From Pseudomonadota bacterium (GTDB lineage Bacteria; UBA10199; 2-02-FULL-44-16; JBDRGF01): 64,000 bases of DNA. The notes under the pieces were generated by a model. It searched no databases. It had not been told where the DNA came from and worked only from the letters and a program-made list of their open reading frames with translations. A program made the translations under genes and the position numbers. Shown in pieces: positions 31,908-40,810 of this stretch; position 1 is the stretch's first letter; each line of letters begins with the position of its first letter. The stretch covers positions 29,860 to 93,859 of the forward strand of contig JBDRGF010000159.1 of the NCBI GenBank assembly GCA_043818055.1, given 5' to 3'.

Positions 31908-31956
31908 GAGGCTTGAAGTCAGAAGCTAGAAGTCAGAAGTCAGAAGCTAGAGGTCA
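31908..31956 (+). repeat. Heptamer array C, 7 units
   Basis: gaggctt gaagtca gaagcta gaagtca gaagtca gaagcta gaggtca. Confidence 0.9.
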
Positions 31957-32173
31957 GAGGGGGGAAGTTGCTATCGTTCCCTTTTTGTAATTGACTTTGA
32001 CTTCAAATCGTCTGAAGAAGTCCAATCCTATCAGCACCTTTATTCCCCAAGATTGGTCGAAGTGCGAGACATAGAATTGCATCAAACTTATGCCATCTGC
32101 CATCCCTGGTTGTGACAAAAACCGGAAGAAATATGTAGCGCGCGCTCGTATCAAAAGTGGTGATGTTCGGCAT
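31954..32173 (-). pseudogene. Retropepsin-like aspartyl protease with internal deletion/frameshift
   Basis: MPNITTF...HKFDAIL, then a shifted frame ...KVLIGLDFFRRFEVKVNY; the expected DTGA catalytic motif is missing at the junction. Confidence 0.6.
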
Positions 32174-32393
32174 GAGCTCTCCATCCGCCGGGGAATTTGC
32201 TTTCGCCGGTGTACTTAAAAGTGCAATCCTTATCAGGTGCCGGAGGACTAAAAACATCCTGATCGTTCTTTGAGTGTCGTTCAACAATACCGGAGATGAG
32301 CCGGCCGGATTCATCTTCATCACAATCAACAATCATAAGCCACTCATCCGGAAAGGCCTTCTTCATCTCTTCCCAACTCATTTTCTGTCCCAT
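32151..32393 (-). CDS. Small protein (DUF5678-like), coupled to the protease gene
   Basis: MSWEEMKKAFPDEWLMI; GGAG RBS; overlaps downstream start. Confidence 0.6.
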   Translation of the reverse strand: MGQKMSWEEMKKAFPDEWLMIVDCDEDESGRLISGIVERHSKNDQDVFSPPAPDKDCTFKYTGESKFPGGWRAHAEHHHF

Positions 32394-32430
32394 GATTTTC
32401 TCCCAATGGAAATTTATATTGCGATATACA

Positions 32431-32542
32431 AAAGCAAGAAGTCAGAGGCAAGAAGTCAGAAGTTAGAAGTTAGAGGTCAGAAACAAGAAGTCAGAAGTCA
32501 GAAGTCAGAAGCAAGAAGCTAGGAGTCAGGGGCCGGAAGTCA
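32431..32542 (+). repeat. Heptamer array B, 16 units
   Basis: In-register gaagtca/gaagtta/gaggtca/gaagcaa units. Confidence 0.9.
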
Positions 32543-32914
32543 ACCGTAGGTTTGCCAGTTGTTTAAGAGTCCCCATAACATTTTGCCGATTTCATCTTAG
32601 TTTTCATAACATCCTTGGTAAGTTGCCTCATCGATATATTTGCACTTGCTTGCGAAATCAAGCCATACCTTAACGTCTTCGCATGAACCGATAGAATCCA
32701 ACAGATGCCTTTTAAATACATTTTCAAATCGCCTTTTGGCCCAACATTCTGCAATATTGGCTGGAATTGATCTCGACGATCTTCTCATTTGATCTATCAA
32801 ACTATAGCGTTCTTCCTTTGGAAATTTACCGGTCAATCTGAATATACCCATCGCAGATTCGAAAGATTTCGTAAAAACGACCAAATCTTTACATGTTTTT
32901 ATCTTCTCTTGCAT
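32540..32914 (-). pseudogene. Four-helix-bundle (23S rRNA IVP / Avd-like) protein with premature TAA at 32597-32599
   Basis: KDLVVF...FPKEERYSLIDQMRRSSRSIPANIAE signature; the same frame continues after TAA as DEIGKMLWGLLNNWQTYG* to 32540. Confidence 0.85.
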
Positions 32915-32915
32915 C

Positions 32916-32957
32916 TGGCTTCTTGCTTCTGACTTCTTGCTTCTTGCCTCTGGCTTC
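32916..32957 (-). repeat. Heptamer array A, 6 units, inverted relative to B/C/D
   Basis: + strand tggcttc ttgcttc tgacttc ttgcttc ttgcctc tggcttc; the next in-register unit contains the ATG. Confidence 0.9.
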
Positions 32958-32961
32958 TGCG

Positions 32962-33012
32962 ACTTTCAGTTAGCTTTTATCTAATTGTTTCAATATGCGT
33001 ATCTATTGGCTG
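32962..33012 (-). pseudogene. N-terminal fragment of the second MNT-HEPN paralog
   Basis: 47/51 identical to 31150-31200 (QPIDTHIETIR*KLTES). Confidence 0.8.
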
Positions 33013-33047
33013 TCAGTTGAAAAAAATAAATTACAGATGTTGGTTTA

Positions 33048-34365
33048 TCAGTCCTTTTTTATCACTTTCCAGTGACCACCCTTATCGGGGCCAACACGTT
33101 CTATAAATCCTTTTAATTTTAACTTCTTCAGGTTTTCCTCAATTTTCCTCTGTGAAATTCCAACAAACGTTGCCAGTTCATTTGCAGAAACATGAGGTTT
33201 TTCCCTAATTGTTTTGAGAATTTTAGCCTGGTTTCCCGTTACCTTTTCTCCGACCTTTTCTCCGACCTTTTCTCCGACCTTTTTAGACCTATTATAAACA
33301 GTGACCAAAAACCCCCCACCCTGTACATCAAACTTTGGAGAAGGAAGTTTTCTATCGGCAAATGAATCAAATACGCGTTTTATTCCGGAACCATATTTTT
33401 CCATTATCTTCAGCTCTTTAAACATTGTTGCAATCTGCTTGTTTCTTATCTCCGATTTATAATTCCCTTTCACCAGCTGTTCAACAGTAAGCGGTCCCAT
33501 CAATTTTCCTGGATTGTAAAATTCCATTCGATCACTAAGACGAACTTGAGTAGTCGCGATGAACGACCATGTTTATTACCAGCTCTCTAAGTGCATCCAA
33601 AGGATAATCCCAAACCTCATCTCTTTGTGGCTTTCCAGTTATAACATATGCCTTATTGATGTGCTTGGTTATAAAATGCATCACTTCATCAACTTCTGAA
33701 AGCACATCCGTTCTAACCGTTGTACCATCTTTGATAAGTGTCTCCGTCTGAAATCTGCCCAGTTCAATCGTGCTTAATATCGACCACTCTTTCATAAAAA
33801 GTAGAAAACACGCCTTCGATATTTTTTTATCACGCAACAACTCATACTTTTTTAGAAACGTAATAGGGTCATCCGTAATTGGATATTCTCTGTTTCTATT
33901 TGCTCTTTCAATGAACAGCACAACCTTATCCAGAGAAATATCATTTATTGTATGATTGCTGTCCTCATAATAATCCCAGCTAGAATTAAATGTTTTGAGA
34001 TGCATATTGACGACTTCATTTATATTCAGAAGATGATTAGAATTTTTGACCCGTTTGTAATATCTGCCTCTGAACGCCACCGGTTTTATCGGATATTCAA
34101 TCGTATTTATAACAGCTATCAATTTTCCACCGCGTTTTTTAACATCGACGTCAGGAATGATTGATGGGTTGGTTTTGTTCTTGATTTCATTTATCCAATT
34201 CTGAACAGTTTCTTTGCCTATTTTAACACCTTCCACTTTGCCTTTATCATTCACGCCGATAACAACACTCCCGCCTTTCGCATTAGCAAAAGCCACAAGC
34301 GTCTCTATTACCTCATTTCCAAAATTGAGTTTAAATTCCTGTTTGTCTGATTCTTTGTATTTCAT
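33048..34365 (-). pseudogene. AlbA_2/Schlafen + HATPase_c_4 + wHTH gene split by a short deletion/frameshift near 33535
   Basis: ESDKQEFK...AFANAKGG...LRELVINMVVHRDYSSSS*, then a shifted frame SDRMEFYNPG...RNKQIA...GSGI...KGGHWKV; VGEK x3 repeat at 33241-33276. Confidence 0.8.
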
Positions 34366-34496
34366 TCTACACTGTCCACGGTAGCCCAACCCCCAGCAAG
34401 ACTTATTTGTAAACCCACCGCTGATTTCCTAACAATTTTCCTTCCAAATCACATGGCATTAAAAGTGCCCACAAAAACACCAACTTTTAGGATTCG

Positions 34497-35441
34497 TTAT
34501 ACATGGTTCAAGAAAGTTGCGACATCTGGGGAAATCGTTACTCCATTATCCTGAAGCAGTTTGACGCTACCCCAACCTCCTACGTCGCTCCAGTCGAATG
34601 CGGCTTTTACGACGGCTACTTGCTGGGATTTTTCTAGCAGGGCGTAATCGACTGATATCGATGGTGACTGTTCAAAGCATCTTTTGAGAAAATCTCCGCT
34701 ATCCGCATCTATGTTGATAGATTCATAAACTTCTGTGGCATGAGTTTTGAGTTCACTTAAAAATTTACTCGCTCTCCAGACGAAAATGCCGGCGTTCCAG
34801 AGATATCCCTCATCTATATATGTCTTTGCCAATTCTTCGTTTGGTTTTTCTGTAAAATTTTTGACTGGCGACCAGTCTCCTTCATGCGCTGGAGAAATAT
34901 AGCCATAGTCCACTGATGGCCAGGTTGGATTGATGCCTAATGTTACCAGATAATCTTTTTGTGCGATTTCTATCGCTTGTTTAATAACTTCATGAAAAAG
35001 ATTCTCCTGCGGGATATAGTGATCGGACGGCACGCAACAGATGATCGATTCCCCGTCCTGCATATGAATAATTTTTGTAGCATAAGATAATGCGGGAGCA
35101 GTATTTTTTTTGCATGGTTCTGCTATGATATTTTTCTCAGGCAACTCGGGAATCTGTTCTTTCACAAGATCGACATATTTTTCATTTGTGGAGATATAAA
35201 TTTTCTCGCATGCAAACAATGGCAACATCCTATCAAACGTCTGACGAATGAAGGTTTTCTCACCGATGAAGTTTAGAAATTGTTTTGGCTTTTCAGGCGT
35301 TGAAAGTGGATAAAACCTTGTCCCCTCGCCACCTGCCATGATAACTGCGTATAGATTTTTTGAGTGATTGTGATTCAAACGAATACTCCTGATTTCTCTA
35401 CATTTTCCATATTGTGTACCAAAAATTTTTTGTTCTTTCAT
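34497..35441 (-). CDS. manC: Mannose-1-phosphate guanylyltransferase (GMP domain only; true start probably later)
   Basis: IMAGGEGTRFYPLS..KPKQF, NTAPA, PSDH, EKP, WNAG, WSDVG. Confidence 0.88.
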   Translation of the reverse strand: MKEQKIFGTQYGKCREIRSIRLNHNHSKNLYAVIMAGGEGTRFYPLSTPEKPKQFLNFIGEKTFIRQTFDRMLPLFACEKIYISTNEKYVDLVKEQIPELPEKNIIAEPCKKNTAPALSYATKIIHMQDGESIICCVPSDHYIPQENLFHEVIKQAIEIAQKDYLVTLGINPTWPSVDYGYISPAHEGDWSPVKNFTEKPNEELAKTYIDEGYLWNAGIFVWRASKFLSELKTHATEVYESINIDADSGDFLKRCFEQSPSISVDYALLEKSQQVAVVKAAFDWSDVGGWGSVKLLQDNGVTISPDVATFLNHV

Positions 35442-35652
35442 CTATTTCCCGACTTCTTCTGACAACTATTTTAATCGAACGAACACCTGTATTCTCTAAT
35501 AGCCACCTCACAGCTTTTACATCTCCAAAATTCAGGATTCTCTCTATGATAAAAAACTTATATTTTTCGAACTGCAAATCCTTAAACTCGCAGTCCCAGA
35601 AATATTTCGCAAACGATTTTGGGAGTTTTATATTTTTTTTCGATTTAGTCAT
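35398..35652 (-). CDS. DUF6922-like small protein
   Basis: FWDC...FIIERILNFGD...NFW pattern. Confidence 0.65.
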   Translation of the reverse strand: MTKSKKNIKLPKSFAKYFWDCEFKDLQFEKYKFFIIERILNFGDVKAVRWLLENTGVRSIKIVVRRSREIDERTKNFWYTIWKM

Positions 35653-35760
35653 GTGATGACGCGTTTCTGATGTTATTAACGCTGAAGAGTGATTAAGAGT
35701 TTGATTAATTCAGTCCTTCGACCCCCTCCACCTCCCCCTTATAAGAGGCTGTTGCTAAAA

Positions 35761-35823
35761 TGTAGGGGCACCCCCCCCGTGGTTGCCCTCTTATAAGGGC
35801 AGGCACGGGGGCCTGCCCCTACA
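35761..35823. repeat. GTAG-family REP inverted doublet
   Basis: TGTAGGGGCAC...GGTTGCCC / GGGCAGGC...GCCTGCCCCTACA. Confidence 0.8.
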
Positions 35824-35858
35824 AAAACATCAAAAAACAGACTTCGGCAATTGGCTAT

Positions 35859-36281
35859 TCATTTTTTATTTACCAGGCTGTTTAAAAGACTCTTAATTTG
35901 GCTTATCTGTTTTTTATATACCATTATAGTCTGCCATTTGAGATCGAGATAGCGATGTACGAGCCTGTTTCGATGAAAGGCAAGTTGCCCAAGTGCCTGG
36001 GCTTGTTTTGCGCTCAATCCCGCATTTTTGGCCGCGAGAGATAAAGTTTGCGCATAGCTATCGGCGGAAATTCCTTTTTCAGCTAAAACAGTCCCGCAAA
36101 TTTCTATCAGGGCGTTCAATATATTTTCCACTGTTCTGTCGATCAGCTTTTGTTTTTTTGTATCAGTCCGATATTCTTCCCACGTAATCCTGGAGTATTC
36201 TGCATCAAACTCGCACATCTCCTGCGATATAAACTGAATCGATTCTGCTATTCTCCCCTTTGCATAAGTATATTCAGGCAT
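35859..36281 (-). CDS. hepT: HepT/DUF86 HEPN RNase toxin
   Basis: RNRLVHRY (R-X4-H-X-Y) motif. Confidence 0.85.
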   Translation of the reverse strand: MPEYTYAKGRIAESIQFISQEMCEFDAEYSRITWEEYRTDTKKQKLIDRTVENILNALIEICGTVLAEKGISADSYAQTLSLAAKNAGLSAKQAQALGQLAFHRNRLVHRYLDLKWQTIMVYKKQISQIKSLLNSLVNKK

Positions 36282-36717
36282 TTTTGATTCTCCTTAAGTT
36301 TACCTTAGAAGCAAGAATCTGCCAGGCAGTCCCAAAAAGGCAAAAATCTTCCATCTGAGCTATTGATTCAAACAAATAGCGATCACACAGATCCTTATTT
36401 TTAACATATACTGGGATTCCTTTTACAGAGGCATTGTAATAAACCATTGGATGATCAAATTCCTTTTTTAATCTTAGAATGTTCACTTCCAATCCAAGCA
36501 ATTCACTTAAATCGACACTGATCTTTCCAATAACATCGAGCATTTTCTCCTCATCAGTATGTTCATCGGAAAACAGAACAGCTATATCGACATCGGATAT
36601 CCTTCTCTGCTTCCCATGCGCCCAGGAACCATACAAAAAGACCAAATCTAATTTGAGTTTTTTTGAAACTCTTTTAAAATATTTTTCTAAGATTTTTTTT
36701 AACTTTGAGGAGTCCAT
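36274..36717 (-). CDS. mntA: MntA-family nucleotidyltransferase antitoxin
   Basis: FLYGSWA...SDVDIAV; start set at MDSSK (TAATG overlap). Confidence 0.85.
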   Translation of the reverse strand: MDSSKLKKILEKYFKRVSKKLKLDLVFLYGSWAHGKQRRISDVDIAVLFSDEHTDEEKMLDVIGKISVDLSELLGLEVNILRLKKEFDHPMVYYNASVKGIPVYVKNKDLCDRYLFESIAQMEDFCLFGTAWQILASKVNLRRIKNA

Positions 36718-37724
36718 TATATGTTCAACTCCTTCACAAACTCCCAATTCTCTCTGGTCCAATCGACTGTTTTTTTGAGGCCATCTATAAAGGAAACTTT
36801 TGGTGACCAGTCGAGCATCTTTTTCGATTTTTCTATTGATGCCCATGTCGCTTTCATATCCTCTTTCGGGAATGGTAGACGATCAATTTTGAGTTTCGCG
36901 CCGGTCGCTCCCTCAATAAATGATATCATTTCAACTAGTTCATGAGGAGCATCGCCTCCCAGATTGAATATCTCATAGCCAACATTTTTAAGCGCCTTTA
37001 TCGTGCCATCGGCTATATCATCCACATATGTGAAATCACGCTTCTGAGTTCCATCCCCCATCAGCTGGATATGATTTCCTTCAAAAGCCCACTTTATAAA
37101 ACGAAATATACTCATATCGGGTCGCCCAGCAGGTCCATAGACTGTGAAGTACCTTAAAATTGAGACATCGATATCGTAAAGATAATGATAGCTGTATGCA
37201 ATTCCCTCCGCTCCACCTTTTGACGCTGCGTATGGTGATATCGGCGTTGTCGTTGGTATCGATTCATCGAAGGGCATCTCTTTTCCGGCATAAAGGCTCG
37301 ATGTTGAGGCCAGGACGAATTTTTTAACATCGTGTTTTTTACAGAGTCCCAACAAATTAGCGGTGCCAAGCATGTTTGTAGTGATATAAACTTGAGGATT
37401 ATCGAGGCTTGCCCTTACACCCGCTCTGGCCGCAAGATTTATCACCGCGTCAAATTTATGCTCCGAGAAAATTCTTTCCAAGGCATCTTTGTCTTCGATA
37501 TCGAGCTTTATAAATTTAAAATTGTTAAACTTTGACAGGAAATTTTCAAGTCGCCACTCTTTCAACCGGACATCGTAGTAGTCATTGAGATTATCGATAC
37601 CCACGACCTCCACACCCAACTCACACAATCTCTTAGCCACATGAGAACCGATAAACCCAGCAACCCCTGTGACAAGAATTTTCTTAGTATTTTGAGTCAA
37701 TTTTTTAATATCGTTTACCATCAT
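36717..37724 (-). CDS. UDP-glucuronate 4-epimerase-like NAD-dependent epimerase
   Basis: TGVAGFIG, DNLNDYYD, LAARAGVR, YAASK, FTVYGPAGRPDM. Confidence 0.88.
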   Translation of the reverse strand: MMVNDIKKLTQNTKKILVTGVAGFIGSHVAKRLCELGVEVVGIDNLNDYYDVRLKEWRLENFLSKFNNFKFIKLDIEDKDALERIFSEHKFDAVINLAARAGVRASLDNPQVYITTNMLGTANLLGLCKKHDVKKFVLASTSSLYAGKEMPFDESIPTTTPISPYAASKGGAEGIAYSYHYLYDIDVSILRYFTVYGPAGRPDMSIFRFIKWAFEGNHIQLMGDGTQKRDFTYVDDIADGTIKALKNVGYEIFNLGGDAPHELVEMISFIEGATGAKLKIDRLPFPKEDMKATWASIEKSKKMLDWSPKVSFIDGLKKTVDWTRENWEFVKELNI

Positions 37725-37771
37725 CGATTTTTACCACATGCCACATGCTCAAGCCTACATACTGCTCTTGA

Positions 37772-37783
37772 CAGGCTACCGCC
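37772..37783 (-). promoter_or_regulatory. ops element (RfaH loading site)
   Basis: Minus strand GGCGGTAGCCTG matches GGCGGTAGnnTG; between the NusG paralog and the downstream glycan genes. Confidence 0.8.
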
Positions 37784-37852
37784 GTCCCCGTTCAAAATTC
37801 GAACCGGCAAAAAGGAAAATAGATTGTTTATACTGCTCATCAATTTTTTTTT

Positions 37853-37911
37853 GGGAAGGTTTGAAACCTTCCCCTACATTCACGGGCGACCACGGGGGGA
37901 TCGCCCCTACA
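37853..37911. repeat. Two tandem GTAG-family REPs
   Basis: GGGAAGGTTTGAAACCTTCCCCTACA and GGGCGACC...GATCGCCCCTACA. Confidence 0.8.
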
Positions 37912-37954
37912 ATAAAACATTTCGCCGTACGCTATACGCCGTACACCGTACGTC

Positions 37955-38467
37955 CTATGCTACTTTTTCAACACGCACGCAGGGCAATTCAAGCCGAACT
38001 TTCTTCCCTACAAGATTCAACAGCACTTTAACCCTTCCATCCGCAGAGATCGGTTTTTCCAGCACTCCGACGAGATCCGTAAGCGGGCCATAGCAGATCC
38101 GCACGCTATCCCCGGCTTTAAAAAGCAGCTGCTGCTGTATAATTCCTTTTTCATCCACCCTGCCCTTTATTACATCTATCACAACATCATCAAGTGAGAG
38201 GGGAATGTCTCCGGCGCTTACAAATTTCCTGACTCCACGCGTATATTTTATCATCCTGAACAGATTGATCTCGTTTGGTGATATGCGAACGAAGAGATAT
38301 GAGGGAAAAAGGGGCTTTAGCCTCTGCAGTTGTCTCGTCACTCCCCTCACTGCAACGCGAATTTGCGGCAAAAAGGCCTCGACATTCGCCCGCCTCATAT
38401 GTTCGAGGACGATATGCTCAATGCATGGCTTTGTCTGTAAAACGTACCATTTCATATCATGCACCAC
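37955..38467 (-). CDS. rfaH: RfaH/NusG-paralog transcription antiterminator
   Basis: WYVLQTKP, PLFPSYLFV, YTRGV NGN domain; GDSVRICYGPL KOW; adjacent ops site. Confidence 0.8.
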   Translation of the reverse strand: MVHDMKWYVLQTKPCIEHIVLEHMRRANVEAFLPQIRVAVRGVTRQLQRLKPLFPSYLFVRISPNEINLFRMIKYTRGVRKFVSAGDIPLSLDDVVIDVIKGRVDEKGIIQQQLLFKAGDSVRICYGPLTDLVGVLEKPISADGRVKVLLNLVGKKVRLELPCVRVEKVA

Positions 38468-39005
38468 CCATCGCCAAACCGTTATTCCAGATCAACAGCA
38501 ACCCCTCTTCTTTCAACCAGTCGTCCATCTTAGAAAATTCAGAGCTCGACAACAAAAGGGTGCGTATCTTCTTTTTCACCATGCCCTCAACTTTTGTGAT
38601 GATCCCCTCAAGCTTACCCTTATCGACATCGCCTACGAGCAAAAGATCTAGAACAGCTGTCTCAGAGCCCTTCGCCAACGCACCCATCAGATAAGCGCTT
38701 TCCACGTTTCCGATCTCACTGACAATTTCGTGAAGCTTATCGATGCCGACCACCTTCTTTGACATGCTGTTGATTTCTGGGAAGAGTGGGTGCTCAGTAT
38801 TTGCACAATAGTAAACATTCCTTCCCCGTTTTTCGGAGACGAGGAGAGAGGCCTTTTCTAATCTATTGAGTTCGACGCGAATTGAATTTGAGGAGCAATG
38901 AAACTCATCGGAGAGTTCGCGCAAATATGCCTTGGTCTTTGGATTTACAAAAAAGCGAATTAACAACTTGATTCGCGCTTCCGATGTGATAATAGAGTCC
39001 AACAT
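38457..39005 (-). CDS. ArsR-like wHTH + degenerate nucleotidyltransferase-domain regulator
   Basis: SEARIKLL..YLRELS..IRVELNRL..YYCAN; C-terminal GALAKG...LDLLLVG. Confidence 0.75.
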   Translation of the reverse strand: MLDSIITSEARIKLLIRFFVNPKTKAYLRELSDEFHCSSNSIRVELNRLEKASLLVSEKRGRNVYYCANTEHPLFPEINSMSKKVVGIDKLHEIVSEIGNVESAYLMGALAKGSETAVLDLLLVGDVDKGKLEGIITKVEGMVKKKIRTLLLSSSEFSKMDDWLKEEGLLLIWNNGLAMGGA

Positions 39006-39168
39006 CTTGTGATGATTTCTCCCCTACCTTTTTAGACGATCAATTTAATCAATCGAAGCCATTGCGTTGCAATATGAGTAAAAATGTTGCTCATAATTAT
39101 CATCTCTCACATACTTGTCAACCCGCTAAAGAACGATAATTGTAACGATTTGTTTTTTAATGATTAAA

Positions 39169-40500
39169 TCATCCCACAGAATGAACAATGAATCCATGTT
39201 CATATAAATGAGACTTTTCATAGAGGTTTCTGCCATCAAAGATGATAGGGTCCGTCTTCATCAGGGATTTGATTTTAGAAAAATCGGGACTCCTGAATTC
39301 ACGCCACTCGGTACAAACTATCAATGCATCGGCATTTGTCAGACATGCATATGCATCATCATTCCACATCACACTGTTTGCAATCTGTCCAAGGGCTTCC
39401 TGGGAACTTGCAATAGCAACTGGATCAAACGCATTGACCAAAGCCCCATGTGCTACTAACTTTTCTATCAAATATAACGAAGGTGCAAACCTCACATCGT
39501 CAGTATTTGCCTTGAAGGCCAAACCCCAAACTCCGAAAGTCTTTCCCTCGAGACCTCCCCTGTCATTAAAATGCTTAACGATCTTATTCCAATACCATTC
39601 CCTGTGATAATCATTGGCACGGTCTGCAGCCTCGACGATTGTTATAGGATGATCGTGTTCCCTGCCAAGCTGGACGAGCGCTTTGGTATCCTTTGGAAAA
39701 CATGAGCCTCCGTAGCCAAGCCCGGCGTACAGAAAATCAGGACCGACCCGGGGGTCGCTTCCCAGCCCGCGTCTCACATGATTGATATCGGCACCTATCT
39801 TCTCGCAAAGGCGCGCCATCTCGTTCATAAAGGAGATGCGAGTGGCGAGCATCGCGTTGGCGGCGTATTTGGAAAGCTCTGATGAAGGGATGTCCATCTT
39901 TAAGAAACGATCCGATCTGCGCATGAAAGGGGAATAGAGTTCGTGCAATATCTGGCCAACACTCTCCTTCTCCATACCGACTATCACGCGATGAGGCTTC
40001 ATGAAATCGCTGACTGCGTCTCCCTCTTTGAGAAATTCAGGATTCGAAGCGACATCTACGAGATGTGGATCGAAGCCCCTCCTTATCAGTTTTTCCTCGA
40101 TGACCTTTTTTACACGATATGTTGTTCCTACGGGGACTGTGCTCTTTGTCACAACCACGATGGGAGATGTGATGATGCTTCCTATCTCATCGGCAACTGC
40201 CAGGACATTTGTAAGATCCGCCTTGCCATCCTCCATGGGAGGGGTATCCACTGTGATAAAGCAGATCGTTGCATCTTTCAATCCGTTGCTGAGTTTGTTG
40301 ACAAAGAAGAGGCGATTTTCTTCGATATTTCTGCTGACCACCTCTTTTAGACCGGGCTCAAAGATGGGAATTTCTGAGCGTTTGAGTTTTTCAATTTTAT
40401 CCAGATTTTTATCTACGCATGTGACGACGTTTCCGGCATCGGCAAAGCATGCCCCGGTGACGAGCCCCACATAACCTGTTCCAACGACACAGAGTTTCAC
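39169..40500 (-). CDS. ugd: UDP-glucose 6-dehydrogenase
   Basis: GTGYVG, KSTVPVGT, NPEFLKEG, GYGGSCFPKD, DGRN; GTG start with GGAGG RBS. Confidence 0.93.
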   Translation of the reverse strand: MKLCVVGTGYVGLVTGACFADAGNVVTCVDKNLDKIEKLKRSEIPIFEPGLKEVVSRNIEENRLFFVNKLSNGLKDATICFITVDTPPMEDGKADLTNVLAVADEIGSIITSPIVVVTKSTVPVGTTYRVKKVIEEKLIRRGFDPHLVDVASNPEFLKEGDAVSDFMKPHRVIVGMEKESVGQILHELYSPFMRRSDRFLKMDIPSSELSKYAANAMLATRISFMNEMARLCEKIGADINHVRRGLGSDPRVGPDFLYAGLGYGGSCFPKDTKALVQLGREHDHPITIVEAADRANDYHREWYWNKIVKHFNDRGGLEGKTFGVWGLAFKANTDDVRFAPSLYLIEKLVAHGALVNAFDPVAIASSQEALGQIANSVMWNDDAYACLTNADALIVCTEWREFRSPDFSKIKSLMKTDPIIFDGRNLYEKSHLYEHGFIVHSVG

Positions 40501-40530
40501 TTTGCCTCCATATAAAAATACTGCCCTCAG

Positions 40531-40603
<73 letters not shown>

Positions 40604-40810
40604 ACTGAAAGCAGTTTTTAAAAACATCAAACTGAGTTCGCTTAGCTAGCTAATATGTGAAAAAAGATCAAGGGTTTAATCTCATGTTTGGGATATTTTA
40701 GCATCGGCATCACATAAACTGTTTATTTTTATTCCCACTTGATATCTGGCTGGAATTATGCTGAATTAAGCATCAGAAGCCCTTTTTAAGGGAACAAATT
40801 AGGAGGCAAC

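Noticed and set aside
32274..32522. Plus-strand ORF ending in SEARSQK-type repeats
   Set aside because: Translation of heptamer array B, antisense to a real gene
31430..32599. Stop-codon recoding to explain the in-frame TAG and TAA
   Set aside because: The two stops are different codons, and TAG, TAA and TGA all terminate conserved genes here (e.g. rpoD TAG, dnaG TAA)
32540..32914. Diversity-generating retroelement suggested by the Avd-like gene and nearby diverged duplications
   Set aside because: No reverse transcriptase in the window, and mismatches between the duplicated MNT-HEPN segments are not restricted to adenines
31267..32957. CRISPR array or integron cassette array
   Set aside because: The repeats are 7-bp tandem units without unique spacers; no cas genes, integrase or recognisable attC structure
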